NCBI RefSeq assembly: GCF_004010195.1
Contig: NC_057754.1
Coordinates: 4,940,773-5,004,772, forward strand
DNA from: Chiloscyllium plagiosum
Lineage: Eukaryota
DNA: 64,000 nucleotides
Reading direction: 5' to 3'
The translations under genes and the position numbers were made by a program. Of this stretch, positions 49,130 to 61,477 are shown in pieces; position 1 is the first letter of the stretch; each line of letters starts with the position of its first letter. The notes below the pieces were generated by a model. That model did not search any database. It saw nothing but the letters and a program-made list of their open reading frames with translations, and was not told the DNA's origin.

Positions 49130-50950
49130 AACGTAGAACAGTCCAGAATAGTACAGGCCCTTCGTCCCTTGATATCGTGCCGACCTTTTATCCTTCTCTA
49201 AGATCAAACTAACCAATATACTCTTCATTTTACTATCATCCATGTGCGTCATCTTAAAATTATGACCCCTCATGATAGCCATTTCCATCCTGGGAAAAAA
49301 ATCTCTGACTGTCCACTCTATCTATGCTTCTCATCATCTTGTACACCTCTCGGCGTCCTTTGCCCTGCTTCCTCTGTTGTCCTGTTCGCTCCCCCTCCCC
49401 CCAGTCGAAGCAAAACACTCAGAGACACTGTTGTTTTACCTCCTTCATCTTTATTCCAGGCCCTGGTAGGAGTGAGAATGATCGCCCATGTGCACAGGGA
49501 CATGAGTTCTCAGTTTCTCTGGAAGAGCAGTTTTTCACTGAGCTATATAGTCATTTTACAGGGAGGAGCATCCAGCTAAGGCAACATGCATATTGATTGG
49601 ATGACGGTTACAATCAATGAGTGTCAATAGTAAAGTCATCTGCTGTTACACAATTAATAACGAGCTTCACATAATGAATACTTTTCACCTTATTAAGTGA
49701 TGTTACATACTGAATGCTACCTCATATTGTTAAATGCTGTACTTAATTAATGCTTTTCCACCTTGTTAACCCATTATCCTTGCCTTCAGCACCACATTGT
49801 TAACTGTAGATGCTTATCTGATCTGAGTCATGCTCAGCTGAATCTCGTTTCACAAAACTCAGAACATAACTCTTTCCTGCCTGCTTATATCCTATACACG
49901 TTCTCAGCTCAACCTTTCTTTATAAGACATGCCCTCCAGTCCAGGCAGCATCCTGGTAAATCTCCTCTGCACACTCTCTAAAGCTTCCACATTCTTCCTG
50001 TGAGGCGAGCAGAACTGAACACAATATTTCAAGTGTAGTCTAACCAGAGCTTTATAGAGCTGCAGCATAACCTCGCGGCTCTTAAATTCAATCCTCCTGC
50101 TAATGAAAGCCAACACAGCATATGCCTTCTTAACAACCCTATCAACTTGGGTGGCAACTTTGAGGGATCTATGGATGTAGACTCCACAATCCCTCTGTCC
50201 CTCCACACCGCCAAGAGTCCTGCCTTTAACCTTGTAATCTACATTCAAATTCAACCTTCCAAAATGAATCACTTTGTACTTTTCCAGGTTGAACTTCATT
50301 GCCACTTATTTGCCCAGCTCTGCATCCTGTCAATCTCCTGTTGCAACCTATCACAGTCCTCCACACTATGCATTACTCCACTAATCTTCGTGTCATTGGC
50401 AAATTTACTAACCCATCCTTCCACTTCTTCATCGAAGTCATTTATAAAAATCACAAGGAGCAGTGGTCCCAGAACAGATCCCTGTGGAACACCACTAGTC
50501 ACTGAGCTCCAGGCTGAATACTTTCCATCTGCTACCCCTCTCTGACTTCTATGGGCCAGCCAATTCTATATCCACACAGCCAAATTTCCCTGTATCCCAT
50601 GCCTCCTTACTTTCTGAATGAGCCTACCATGGGGAACCTTATCAGACGCCTTGCTAAAATCAAAATACACCATATCCAGTGCTCTACCCTCATCAATGTG
50701 TTTTGTCACATCCTCAAAGAATTCATAAGGCTTGTGAGGCATGACTTGTCCCTCACAAAGCCATGCTGACTATCTCTAATCAAACTATGCTTTTCAAAAT
50801 AATCATAAATCCCACCATCGACATTAAACTGGCAGGTCTGTAATTCCCAGGATTATCCCTATTCCCTTTCTTGAGCAAGGGAATAATATTTGCCACCCTC
50901 CAATCATCTGGTACTACTCCAATGGACAGTGAGGACATAAAGATCATCGC
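49130..50950 (-). mobile_element. CR1 LINE, 5'-truncated, interrupted by unrelated DNA at ~49351-49903
   Basis: SGVPQGSVLGPLLLVIFIND, KFANDTK, LVRLHLKYCVQF; collinear with 41055-42365. Confidence 0.9.
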
Positions 50951-51816
50951 CAAACTTCTGCGTGTCTGCTGATAGTGTAGTAGCTATTAAGCAGCTACCA
51001 TTTCAACTCCTATGATAGGTACATGGGTAAATGTAGGAATTGTAGAAAAGCAATAATGTGTTGAACAACTTTCTAGCTCAGGTATTCTGTTATCTGCCTT
51101 AATTGTCCACTCTCTACCGTGGTGTAGTGTTTACAGAATGCACAGCAGCAAGTCACCATGGAATCTTTTGACAACATCTCCAAAACTTGAAACTTCCAAT
51201 ATTTTGAAGGAATAGGGCAGTAGTTGCATGAATCAAATCCAGGTTCCCCTGTAAGTTACATCCTCATTTGAGACATCGATTGGCATTCCTTCATTGTAGC
51301 TGGCTCATGCTCCTGGAACTCCTTCTCTCTGCAGTACCTTCCCCACATGAAATGGCAGCTTTCAGATTTTAAAACAAAAAGCCATCGATGAATGTCATCT
51401 TGCCAGTGACTCCCATGTCCCAAAATGAATACAAAAGAAAACAAAAAATGTCTTATTGCTTATTGTCAGATTTGGTCCTTCTCTTGGTTAGATTGAAATG
51501 TAATAAGGATCATAACTTGAATATAATAAGCAGGAAGAAAATCAAACTCTTATATAAGCTCTGAACAACAATGTGGCAAGTTTTGCATTAGAACTAGCAA
51601 GAGTTAACAACATCAAGGTCGAAAACTGAGCTACTATGATATTTTCAGTACACTGTTGCTGCTACTCAGTTGGTAAGAATGAAGTTAGTCATTCAGAATA
51701 TTGTTTTAACATAGTGATGTGATATCTATCCATGAATATATATGGTTAAGATAATTATGAGATAAAGACTCAATTAAGCAAAGTATTTTTTTAAAACATT
51801 CAACTTTGATCCTTAG

Positions 51817-52095
51817 ACCCTACAGAAGGAGATTCAGGGTCACCAGCCTCGAATTGATGATATTGCAGACCGTGGGGAGACAATGGCCAAAGCAGGGCGC
51901 ATAGATTCTGAGGTGCTGCGAGCCCGCCTGGGAGACCTACAGGAGGTGTGGAAGGCATTAATCGAGGAGACAGACAAACGCAGTGCCCGCCTGGAGGAGT
52001 CACAGAATGCTCAGCAGTTCTATTTTGATGCAGCTGAAGCTGAGGCATGGATGGGGGAGCAGGAACTTCATATGATGTCAGAAGAGAGGGCCAAG
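51817..52095 (+). CDS. SPTBN2: Beta-spectrin exon, 279 bp
   Basis: ccttag|ACC CTA...GCC AAG|gtacta; TLQKEIQGHQPRIDDI...QQFYFDAAEAEAWMGEQELHMMSEERAK. Confidence 0.95.
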
Positions 52096-52659
52096 GTACT
52101 AAATAAGTATCATATTGGTTAAGAGATGGAGGAAAGTTTAGGCAGAGCAATTTGCAATAAAAAAGAACCATGTCTGAATTTTCTTTTTATAAGTAAAGTT
52201 TCTAACCTCCATGGAAACCAGCAAAATCAAGTTCCCTTCTCTGCTTCTTCATTATGTCGCCCACAGGTAGTGTTCTGAAATGGGTCTGTTTAAAGGAGCT
52301 GAGGTCTTAACTTTAGACCAGCGTGAAAATACACTGGTGATAGCAAAATTGAATGGCTTTCCCTGCTAACAACTAAATTGAAAATCTTGTGTCTAAATAT
52401 GGGTCAGATAATGGGTGTTAGATTTGGAGTGGATAGTGGTGATGGTGTCTGAAAGTCCCCCTGAAAATATTAGATTATTTAATGAACCCCAGCAGTTAAG
52501 CTATGGTATATTCTAAATGTTTATATTAGTTTTGCAATCTCCTTTCTGTTTCAGCTTTCATACAAAATAGCATATCGTGCACTCAGTTTTCTGTTTTACA
52601 ATGGTGTTGGATTTGTGAACTATTTAACTCTCTTTCACTATGTTGTTATGTCTGAAAAG

Positions 52660-52790
52660 GATGAACAGAGTGCAATGGCAATGGTAAAGAAGCACCAGGT
52701 GGTAGAGCAATCACTGGAGGATTATGCGCAGACAATTCACCAACTCTCCAACCTGAGCAGGAATCTAGTAACCGGCACTCATCCTGAGAG
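52660..52790 (+). CDS. SPTBN2: Beta-spectrin exon, 131 bp
   Basis: gaaaag|GAT GAA...GAG AG|gtcagt; DEQSAMAMVKKHQVVEQSLEDYAQTIHQLS...THPE(S). Confidence 0.94.
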
Positions 52791-53291
52791 GTCAGTGTCA
52801 ACATTATGGAATAGGCACTCCCTAAGGTGTTTCCAGTTAGGTGCTGGTGTACACTAGAAGTCCTGCTACAAATGGTCAAAAGCTGTCAGCATGCTGTTGA
52901 ATATTAGCCTGTATCTTTTTCCCTCTCTATGAGGGGAGGGTGATAGTGGTGGTGTTGCCTTCAGGATGGAGTCCTAGAGGCTTATGTACCCTTTGATCTG
53001 CAGGTTCAGAGCACAAGCTCTTCACTGGTATTATTAGGGGTCTCTGTTGGGACCCCTAACAATTCTCACAATTGGGGTAAAAAAAACAACTGAGATGAGA
53101 GGCTCCAGAGTGCCCCTAAGCTGGCTTTTTTCAAATGGTAAAGTTGGGTTTTGTGTTATCTGGCTGGAGTCCTTGGGAATTCTAAACCTCTGATAAATTG
53201 AAGCTCAGCCATTATTCTTTCTCCTCTGTCCTTGAAATTCTTGAAACACAGCTATAGTTCTTTCCCTAATTTTTTTTTGTGGATTGTACAG

Positions 53292-53496
53292 CGACCGGAT
53301 TACTCTAAGACAGTCGCAGGTGGATAAGTTGTACGCTGGATTGAAAGACCTGGCAGAGGAGAGACGGGAAAAGCTACAGGAGGGTTTACGGCTCTGCCAA
53401 CTCAAACGGGAGGTAGATGACCTCGAGCAGTGGATTGCAGAACGGGAGATTGTGGCTGGTTCCCATGAGCTAGGCCAGGATTATGAACATGTCACT
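53292..53496 (+). CDS. SPTBN2: Beta-spectrin exon, 205 bp
   Basis: gtacag|C GAC...GTC ACT|gtgagt; [25 protein letters not shown]...[13 protein letters not shown]. Confidence 0.96.
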
Positions 53497-54479
53497 GTGA
53501 GTAATAGGGTGCCTTTATTTTTCCCCTCTTGCTAGTTATGGAAGGACAGTTTTCCTGTGACCCCTTCCCTTGCTGTTGTGGTTTAGCTTAAAATAGTGGT
53601 TAGGATTGACTTGAGATAACTTACGTTTTACAAAGTTTCCTCTTGACACTTATTTTACAAGATTGCAGAATCACAGTAGCATAATCTGATGTTTTTCCAA
53701 CTTCTCCTCGACATCTTGCTCCTAAATTTCAAAACGCATCCATTCTTCAACGTACCGCACACAGATATCAGTAGTCCACTTGGTGTAATGTGCAACCATA
53801 AAAGGCATCTCTGTTATGCCCAGTTGTCCTCATCTCACATCTACTGTGCTGGAAATGCCTATTGGATTATGGAAAGAGTCAGAAACCTGACTGATTTTTA
53901 TTCCTCTTCTAAATGTCAGAAGCAGTAAGACTATTTGTGATCCTTTCACTACTTTTCTAGCTTAGGAAAACTTCAAATCTTCTGGCTTGTGCATACTCAG
54001 TGGACAAAGTGGAATCCTTTCATTGAGTTTCTGTGCAACGTTCATAAATACGTAAATGGATGAACATCACAAGACCATATGACATAGGAGTGGAAATAAG
54101 GCCATTAGATCTATCGAGTCCACTCCGCCATTCAATCGTGGCTGATGGGTATTTCAACTCCATTTACCCGCACTCACCCCGTAGCCTTTAATTTCTTAAA
54201 AACCTCAGCTAACATAGCAGAGAAATCTTGTTCACATGTAGAGTTGTTTATTTACTGATATCGGCAGCTAGTATATCCATACGTGGGATGTTGACCGAGA
54301 GATAATAATAATTGGGCTTTATACTAATTTGCTAGGGAGAGAATTCAGTTGAAGGGAAATTTAATAAATCAAAAAGAAACTAGCTTCAGGCTAGTGAAGA
54401 GGTGAGCAATAATGAACATGTGACAGTAAGGGATAGAACACATATGCGGCAGGAATTAGAACCTAAGTAAATAATGATG

Positions 54480-55935
54480 GTAAAATGTCAACACTTAAGG
54501 CTCTTAATTTGAAAACACACAACATTTGTAGCAAGATAAATGGATTGACATAACAAAAATAAATTCATATCACTTTAAAGATATTACAGAGATTTGGTTA
54601 CAGGGTGATCAAGACTGGGAACTCAATATTCAAGAGTATTCAAGGTTTCAGAAGAATAGGCTAAAAGGAACAAAATGCTGGGTAATGTTAGAAAAAAAGG
54701 AACATACAGGTGACCATTAAGTAGAAACTCAATTTGATTCACCATGTAAATACAGTGGCTGTAAGAGCAGGTCAGAACCTAGGAATACTGTGGTGAGTAA
54801 CTCACCTCCTGCCTCCCAAAGCCTGTTCACCACCTACAAAGCACACGCCAGGAGTGTGATGGAATACTCACCATTCACCTGGATGAGTGTACTCAAGAAG
54901 CTTAACACCATCCAGATCAAAGATGCACACTTCATTAGCACCATATAAGCATCAACTCCCTCTACCACCAATGCTCAGTAGCAGCAGTGTATGTAATCGA
55001 CAAGATGCACTGCAGAAATTAACCAAAAGTCCTCAGACAGCACAACCATTTCCATCTAGAAAGACAAGGACAGCAAATACAAGGGAATGCTACCTCTTGC
55101 AAGTTCCTCTCCGGGCCATTCACCATTCTGACTTGGAAATATTGACTTGAACCATTCCTTCAGTGTTGCTGGGTCACAGCCCTGGATCTCCCCTCAAATG
55201 GCATTGTAGGTCTACCTGCAGCACATGGACTGCAGCAGTTCAAGAAGGTAGTTCACCACCACCTTATCAAGAGTAACTAGAGACGAACAATAAACACTGG
55301 CCAGCCAGAATGGCCACGTCCCATGAAGGAATGAAAGAAGATCAGCTTGGTGCTGAGAAGTGATAAAGGTGCAACAGATTGTGATGTGAAATCAATTTAG
55401 ATGGAAATAAGGAATAGCAAGGGAAGTGACTTCTCTGTGGGCCTCTATAGAGTTGCCTCACTTAGGACAAAGTGTAAACTGAGAAAAAGTGGAGTTATTG
55501 AAGGGGGGCACTATAATTGACATGGGTAATTTTAATCTTTTTATTGAATGAACAATCAGATGGGCATGGAAGACGAATTTAACCTACTTGGGAACAGGCT
55601 ATTTTAGATCTAGTTATAGGCCATGGAATAGAATTAATGGGAGATCTTGTAATTAAAGATCCTCTCGGGGCTAGCAATCACAATGTGGTAAAATTTAAAA
55701 TTCAGTTTGAGGAAGACTAACTCTGGTCTCAAACCAGTGACCTCAAGCTAAATAAGGGCAATTGTAGAGGTGGCCGAAAAAAAGTTGCCTAAAACTGGTG
55801 GGAAGATAAATTAAGACAAATGTCAGAGCAGTAGGGAATTAGTGAAAATGATGAGGCACCTCGATTGACAAGGCAGTCAAGGAAAGTATCCAATCAAAAA
55901 TTAAGGCATTAAAAATAGGAAAATCTGTTGGTAGG
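54480..55935 (+). mobile_element. Old CR1 endonuclease-region remnant with a nested LINE 3' fragment (~54745-55335)
   Basis: Resembles the reverse complement of 4650-5420 (atgggtaattttaatct = MGNFN; gcaatcacaatgtggtaaaattt); the nested piece matches 16545-17000. Confidence 0.6.
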
Positions 55936-56039
55936 TTAGAAGATTGAGATTGTTTTTTAAGAAATCTAGCAACAGTCATGATCCTGTTCATTGGCTTCCT
56001 CTTGCTCCTATTTCTTATGTTCTGCCATTCTTCATACAG

Positions 56040-56414
56040 ATGTTGCGAGATAAATTTCGTGAGTTTGCTCGGGATACCAGTAACATTGGACAAGAGCGTG
56101 TGGACTCTGTGAATCACATGGCTGATGAGCAGATTGACTTGGGTCATTCTGAGAATGCCACCATTGCTGAGTGGAAGGATGGATTGAACGAGGCCTGGGC
56201 TGACCTGCTGGAGCTCATTGACACCCGGACGCAGATGTTGGCTGCTTCGTACGAGCTGCATAGCTTCTACCATGATGCTAGGGAGACGCTTGACCGCATT
56301 CAAGAGAAAGAAAAACAGCTGCCTGAGGAAGTTGGTCGTGACCTAAAGACAGTAGAGAGAATGCATCGGATGCACACTACATATGAACATGACATACAGG
56401 CGCTAAGCACACAG
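56040..56414 (+). CDS. SPTBN2: Beta-spectrin exon (repeats 14-15, ankyrin-binding region), 375 bp
   Basis: atacag|ATG TTG...ACA CAG|gtaagt; [13 protein letters not shown]...[24 protein letters not shown]...DIQALSTQ. Confidence 0.97.
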
Positions 56415-56724
56415 GTAAGTGCAGAAAATGCTTGCTCTTTTCATGACTTTGTTGTTTTTTGCCTCTCCTTCCTTCCTGTCTTGCCTGCTTTATTCTCACT
56501 TTTGTTCTTCTTTATCGTTCCTTTTTTCAGTATAATAATGTTTTTTCTTTTCAAGTACAAGCTATCTCTCTGTCAGTTTGCTACTTTTAAAAAGTTCTAT
56601 TTCCACAGATTTTACAAGGGTGAAAAAGAAAAGGATTATGTAATTATGATGGCATATTGAAGGATGTCTTAAGCAACTTCTCTTGTAACCTTTATTCCTT
56701 CATTGCAAACTGTTTTTATTCATT

Positions 56725-59045
56725 GAGTCGTACAGCATGGACACTTTGGTTCAACCAGTCCATGCCAACGATAATCCCAAATTAAACGAATCTCATCTGC
56801 CTGTGCTTAGCCCATATCCCTCCGAACATTTCTTATTCCCGTACTTACCTAAATGTCTGTTAAATGTTGTAACTGTACCTGCAGCCACCACCTCCTCTGG
56901 AAGTTCATTGCACACATGAACCACACTGGAAAAAAAAAGTTTTGGATGTGAACATAGGAAGTATAGTTAGTAAGTTTGTAGATGACACCAAAATTGGAGG
57001 TGTAGTCAATAGCGAAGAAGGTTACTTCAGAGTACAAGAAGACCTTGATCAGTTGGGCCAAGGGGCCGAGGAGTGGCAGATGGAGCTTAATTTAGATAAA
57101 TGTGAGGTGCTGTATTTTGGAAAGGCAAATCAGAGCAGGACTTATTCACTTAATGGGAAGGTCCTGGAGATCGTTGCTGAACAAAGAGTGCAGGTGCTTA
57201 GTTCCTTGAAAGTGGAGTAGCAGATAGTAGGATAGTGAAGAAGGTATTTGGTATGCTTTCCTTTATTGGACAGAGCATTGAGTATAGAAATTGAAATGTC
57301 ATGTTGCGGCTGTGCAGGACAATTTTGGAATATTGTATGCAATTCTGGTTTCCTTCCTATCGGAAAGATGTTGTGAAACCTGAAAGGGTTCAGAAAATAT
57401 TTATGAGGATGTTGCCAAGGTTGGAGGATTTGAGCTACAGGGAGATGCTAAATAGGCTGGGACTATTTTCCCTGGAGCATCGGAGGCTGAGGGGACCTTA
57501 CAGAGGTTTATAAAATCATGAGGGACATGGATAGGGTAAATAGCCAAGGTCTTTTCGCTGGGGTGGGGGACTCCAGACCTAGAGGGCATAGTTTTAGGGT
57601 GAGAGGGGAAAGGTTTAAAAGGGACCTAAGGGGCAACTTTTTCACACAGAGAATGGCGCATGTATGGAATGAGCTGCCAGAGGAAGTGGTGGAGGCTGAT
57701 ACAATGACAACATTTAAAAGGCATCTGGATGGGTATATGAATATGAAGGATTTGTAGAGATATGGGCGAAGTGCTGGTAAATGGGACTAAATTAGGTTAG
57801 GGTATCTGCTCAGCATGGACGAGTTGGACCGAAGGATCTCTTTCTGTGCTGTACATCTCTGTGACTCTATGATTCCTTGTCTTTTTTAAATCTTTCTCCT
57901 TCTACCTTCAAGGTATGTGCCATAGTCTTGAAATCTCCCACTCTAGGGGAAAAAGCACCTGCTTTTCACCTTTCTATAGCATTCATGTTTTTATAAACCT
58001 CTGTACGGTCACCCAACAACCTCCTACACTCACTGAAAAATATTCCAGCCTATCCAGCCTCTCCTTATAACTCAAACCCTCCATTTGCAGCAACATCCTG
58101 GTAAATCTTTTCTGAACCTTAATAATATCCTTCCTTTAACAGGATGACCAAACTGGACACAGTACTCCAGAATCTCTCTATTCTATAACACTACCCAAAA
58201 CCCTACTTTTAATTGTACAAGTTCAGCCCTTGTTTGTTTTACCAAAATGTAATACCACACATAATCCAAATTAAACTCCATCTGCCACTCTTCAGCCCAA
58301 TTCATCAAGATTTCTTGTAATATTAGACAAACTTCTTTACTATCCACTATACCACCAATTTTGGTGTCACCCTGAAACTTGCTAACTATGCCTTCTCCAT
58401 ATTCTCATCTAAATCACTTATATAAATAATAAATAAAAGTGGACCCAGCACCAATCCTGTGGAACACTGCTAGTCACAGGCCTCCAGTTGAAAAACAGCC
58501 CTCTGTCATCACTGTGTCCTCTGCTGTTAAGCTAATTCTGTATCCAGTTGGCAAGTTCACCCTGAATCTCATCTGATCTAGTGACCTAACTTTACAGATT
58601 AGTCTACTGCTCTGCCTTCATCAATATTCTTGGTTACTTATTCAAAAAACTCAATCAAGTTTGTGAGACACGATTTCCCTCACTGAAAACCATGCTGACT
58701 ATCCATAATCATTCCTTGTCTCTCCAAATACAAATAAGCCTTATTTTTCAGAATCGCTTCCAACAACTTACCCACCCCCAAAGTCAGACTTACACACCTA
58801 TAGTTCCCAGGCTTCTTACATCCCTTTTTAAACAAAGGCACAATATTAGCCACTCTCTTCAGTCACCCAGCACTTCATCCATGATTTAGATGATACAAAT
58901 ATTTCTGCAAGAGGCCCTGCAGTTTCCTTCCCAACTTCCCACAACATTCTGGGATACACTAGATCAGGAGATTTTCCACCTTTTATATTTTCTAAGATCT
59001 CTAGCACTTCCTCTTCTGTAATCTGATCTGTTTTCAAAACATTGA
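56725..59045 (-). mobile_element. CR1 LINE remnant (host), split by a nested opposite-strand CR1
   Basis: 3' end at 56725-56940, continuing at 57876-59045 (KSPD..YPRMLWEVGKETAGPLAEIF). Confidence 0.85.
56943..57875 (+). mobile_element. CR1/HER1-type LINE, 5'-truncated, nested
   Basis: SKFVDDTKIGG...QEDLDQL...LEYCMQFW...FFTQRMAHVWNELP; tail gtacatctctgtgactctatgattc; same family as 37240-38491. Confidence 0.92.
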
Positions 59046-59047
59046 TT

Positions 59048-59415
59048 TTTAAAAAAATATTCTTTCATGGGATGTGGGCATCACTAGAAAGCATAATATT
59101 TGTTGCCAATCCCTAATTGTCCTTAAACTAAGTAACTTACTGTACCACTTCAGAGGACATTTAAGAGTCAGCCACATTGCTGTGGATCTGAAGTCACATA
59201 TAGGCCATACTGTGTAAGGTTTGCAAATTTCATTGCCTAAAGGACATGTAGATGGGTGTCTATGGTAATTGATGCTCGTTGTCATGGTGATTAGCTTTAA
59301 GGTTTTATTAATTATTAATTGAGTTTGTATTTCCCCAGCGGCTGTGGTAGGATTTCAACCAAAGGCCCCCGGTATTAGTCTGAGACTCTGGATCACTAGA
59401 CAGTGACATTACCGT
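59048..59415 (-). mobile_element. SINE family B copy
   Basis: Reverse complement of the 62785-63090 type (ttaagagtcagccacattgctgtggatctgaagtcaca). Confidence 0.75.
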
Positions 59416-59419
59416 AATA

Positions 59420-59553
59420 GTTCTGAGGAAGTGTCACTCAACCCGAAATATTAACTCTGATTTCTCTCCACAGATGCTACCAGATCTGTTGAGCTTTTCC
59501 AGCAATTTCTGTTTTTGTTTCTGATTTACAGCATCTGCCATTCTTTTGGTTTT
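59420..59553 (+). mobile_element. Penelope-derived short repeat with decayed hammerhead core
   Basis: CTGAGGA-A-GTGTC-actc-AACCC-GAAATATTA (59423-59453), then cagatgctaccagatctgttgagcttttccagca. Confidence 0.7.
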
Positions 59554-59650
59554 TACATTACCAAGACACTTCTGTCTTTGCCCCCATTGAAGCTAATAAC
59601 CAAGTTGTTGCTGTAGTTTTCTCTGTAACTAGTTTCTTTGTATAACACAG

Positions 59651-59895
59651 GTGAAGCAGGTCCAAGATGATGCTGCCAGGCTGCGGTCGGCCTATGCTGG
59701 CGAGAAGGCTGAGGACATACAGCGACATGAGGATACTGTTGTGGAGGCATGGAATGCCCTCCTTAATGCCAGCAAAGGACGCAAACAACTTCTATCAGAC
59801 ACAGTTGAAAAATTCCGCTTCTTTAATCTTGTACGGGCCCTGATGCTGTGGATGGATGACGTCAACAGACAAATGGATACCCAGGAGAAACCGAG
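59651..59895 (+). CDS. SPTBN2: Beta-spectrin exon, 245 bp
   Basis: acacag|GTG AAG...CCG AG|gtagtc; VKQVQDDAARLRSAYAGEKAEDI...MDTQEKP(R). Confidence 0.96.
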
Positions 59896-60039
59896 GTAGT
59901 CTTACTAACAGCTGTATTCAAGGGAAGGGTGCATAGCTTAAGTTTCTTTTGGAAAATCAGGCTGTGAGCTCCCAACGTGAGAGAAGGGATTTATTTGGTG
60001 AGATTAGAATCAGGCTTTTCGGTCCATGTGCCGTTGGCT

Positions 60040-60146
60040 ACGTTTTGCGATTCTCTTGCTCCTTTGATGCTGCCTGACCTGCTGTGTTTTTCCAGCAACA
60101 CATTTTTCGGCTCTGACCTCCAGCATCTGCAGTCCTCACTTTCTCC
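60040..60146 (+). mobile_element. Penelope-derived short repeat (same family as 23057-23237)
   Basis: gatgctgcctgacctgctgtgtttttccagcaacacatttt..gctctga.ctccagcatctgcagtcctcactttctcc is the reverse complement of 23057-23155. Confidence 0.85.
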
Positions 60147-60686
60147 CATCTGATCAGCATATCCATCTATTCCTGTCTTCCTCGTATGTTTGTCGAGCTG
60201 CCCCTTCCAGGCATCTGTGCTGTTCACCTCAGCCTCTCCATGTAGTAATAGTTCTTCATTAAGTTTAATTTTGTACATGAATTTGGTCACCTTGGTTTAA
60301 CTCAAGTGGTTGCAGTGTAGTCTTTTTTAAGACTACACTGTTGTGCTTTGAGCCCCAGCCCAGAAAAATACCTCATGGTGTCAACAGACACTCTCAATAT
60401 GATACTCAGAAAGTGCTGCCTTTCTTCAATGATCATTAAAATGAAAGCCCTGTCCAGCTACGTTGGTGGAAGCGAAAGATACCTTGGCAATATTTGAATA
60501 ACGATGAGCTGAGATATCAAAACACTGTTTTTCACTCACCAAGGACTGTTTTTTGCATTACATGAACCCGGAAGGTGCTGCAGTCAGCCATTAGTTGGTT
60601 GTGACACAATAGGGCTAAAAAAGCTATGGAGATAATTCCATTTGCTATCCTGTGAGAAAATGAATCACTAAAAAAGAAGAAAGCCA

Positions 60687-61035
60687 GGCATCATGGTGGC
60701 TCAGTGGTTAGCATTGCGACCTCACACTGCCAGGTACCCAGGTTCTATTCCACCTTCATTTGACTGTCTGTCTAGAGTTTGTGGCATTCTCCCCTTGCCT
60801 GTGTGGGTTTCTTCTGGGTGCTCTGGTTTCCTCCCATGGTCCAAAGATGTACAGATTAGGTGGATTGGCGATGCTCAATTGTCCATAATGTCCAGGATTG
60901 TGCAGTTTAGGTGGATTGGCCATGGTAAAAAATTACAAGGATATGGTAAGGGGTTAAGTCTCGGTGGTACAGTCTTCGGACAGTTGGAGTGGATTAGATG
61001 GGTCGAATTGCCTGCTTCCATGCTGTTGGGATTCA
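60687..61035 (+). mobile_element. HE1-like V-SINE
   Basis: ggtggctcagtggttagcattgcgacctcacactgccaggtacccaggttctattcc head; internal duplicated ttaggtggattgg. Confidence 0.85.
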
Positions 61036-61338
61036 GTGAAAGCCAGTTTTTTTGTGCAGGTGAAGGTCTGTTGAGCCCTTGAAAGGGAAAGGCAATCGAC
61101 AGTCTGCAAGATATAAGTTGCAGCAAGAAAGTTACAGTTAAGGAATGGGGATGGGATGAATGTCATCATGGAAGTTACCATGGTTTGAAGATAGACCAAA
61201 ACCAGGGAGTACCTCCCCTCCTGCTGGCAAGGTCAGTAGGAATAACCACCTCTGTTTTAGGGATAACACCTTCGGTGGTTAAAATGATGGCTCAATGCCT
61301 ATTTTGTCTAACTGAATCTTTAACCTGTTCGGTTGCAG

Positions 61339-61477
61339 GGATGTTTCTTCAGCAGATCTGACCATCAAGAATCATCAGGGGATCAAGTCCGAAATTGATG
61401 CCCGGGATGACAGCTTTACTGCAAGCATTGAAATGGGCAATGCCCTTCTGGCCAAGAACCACTATGCTTCAGACGAG
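61339..61477 (+). CDS. SPTBN2: Beta-spectrin exon, 139 bp
   Basis: ttgcag|G GAT...GAC GAG|gtactg; DVSSADLTIKNHQGIKSEIDARDDSF...NHYASDE. Confidence 0.96.

Noticed and set aside
56415..56660. ORF 55944..56660 continues past the donor into a hydrophobic, transmembrane-like tail
   Set aside because: There is a consensus donor CAG|gtaagt at 56414, and the Phe/Leu-rich tail is what a T-rich intron yields by chance. No transcript evidence.
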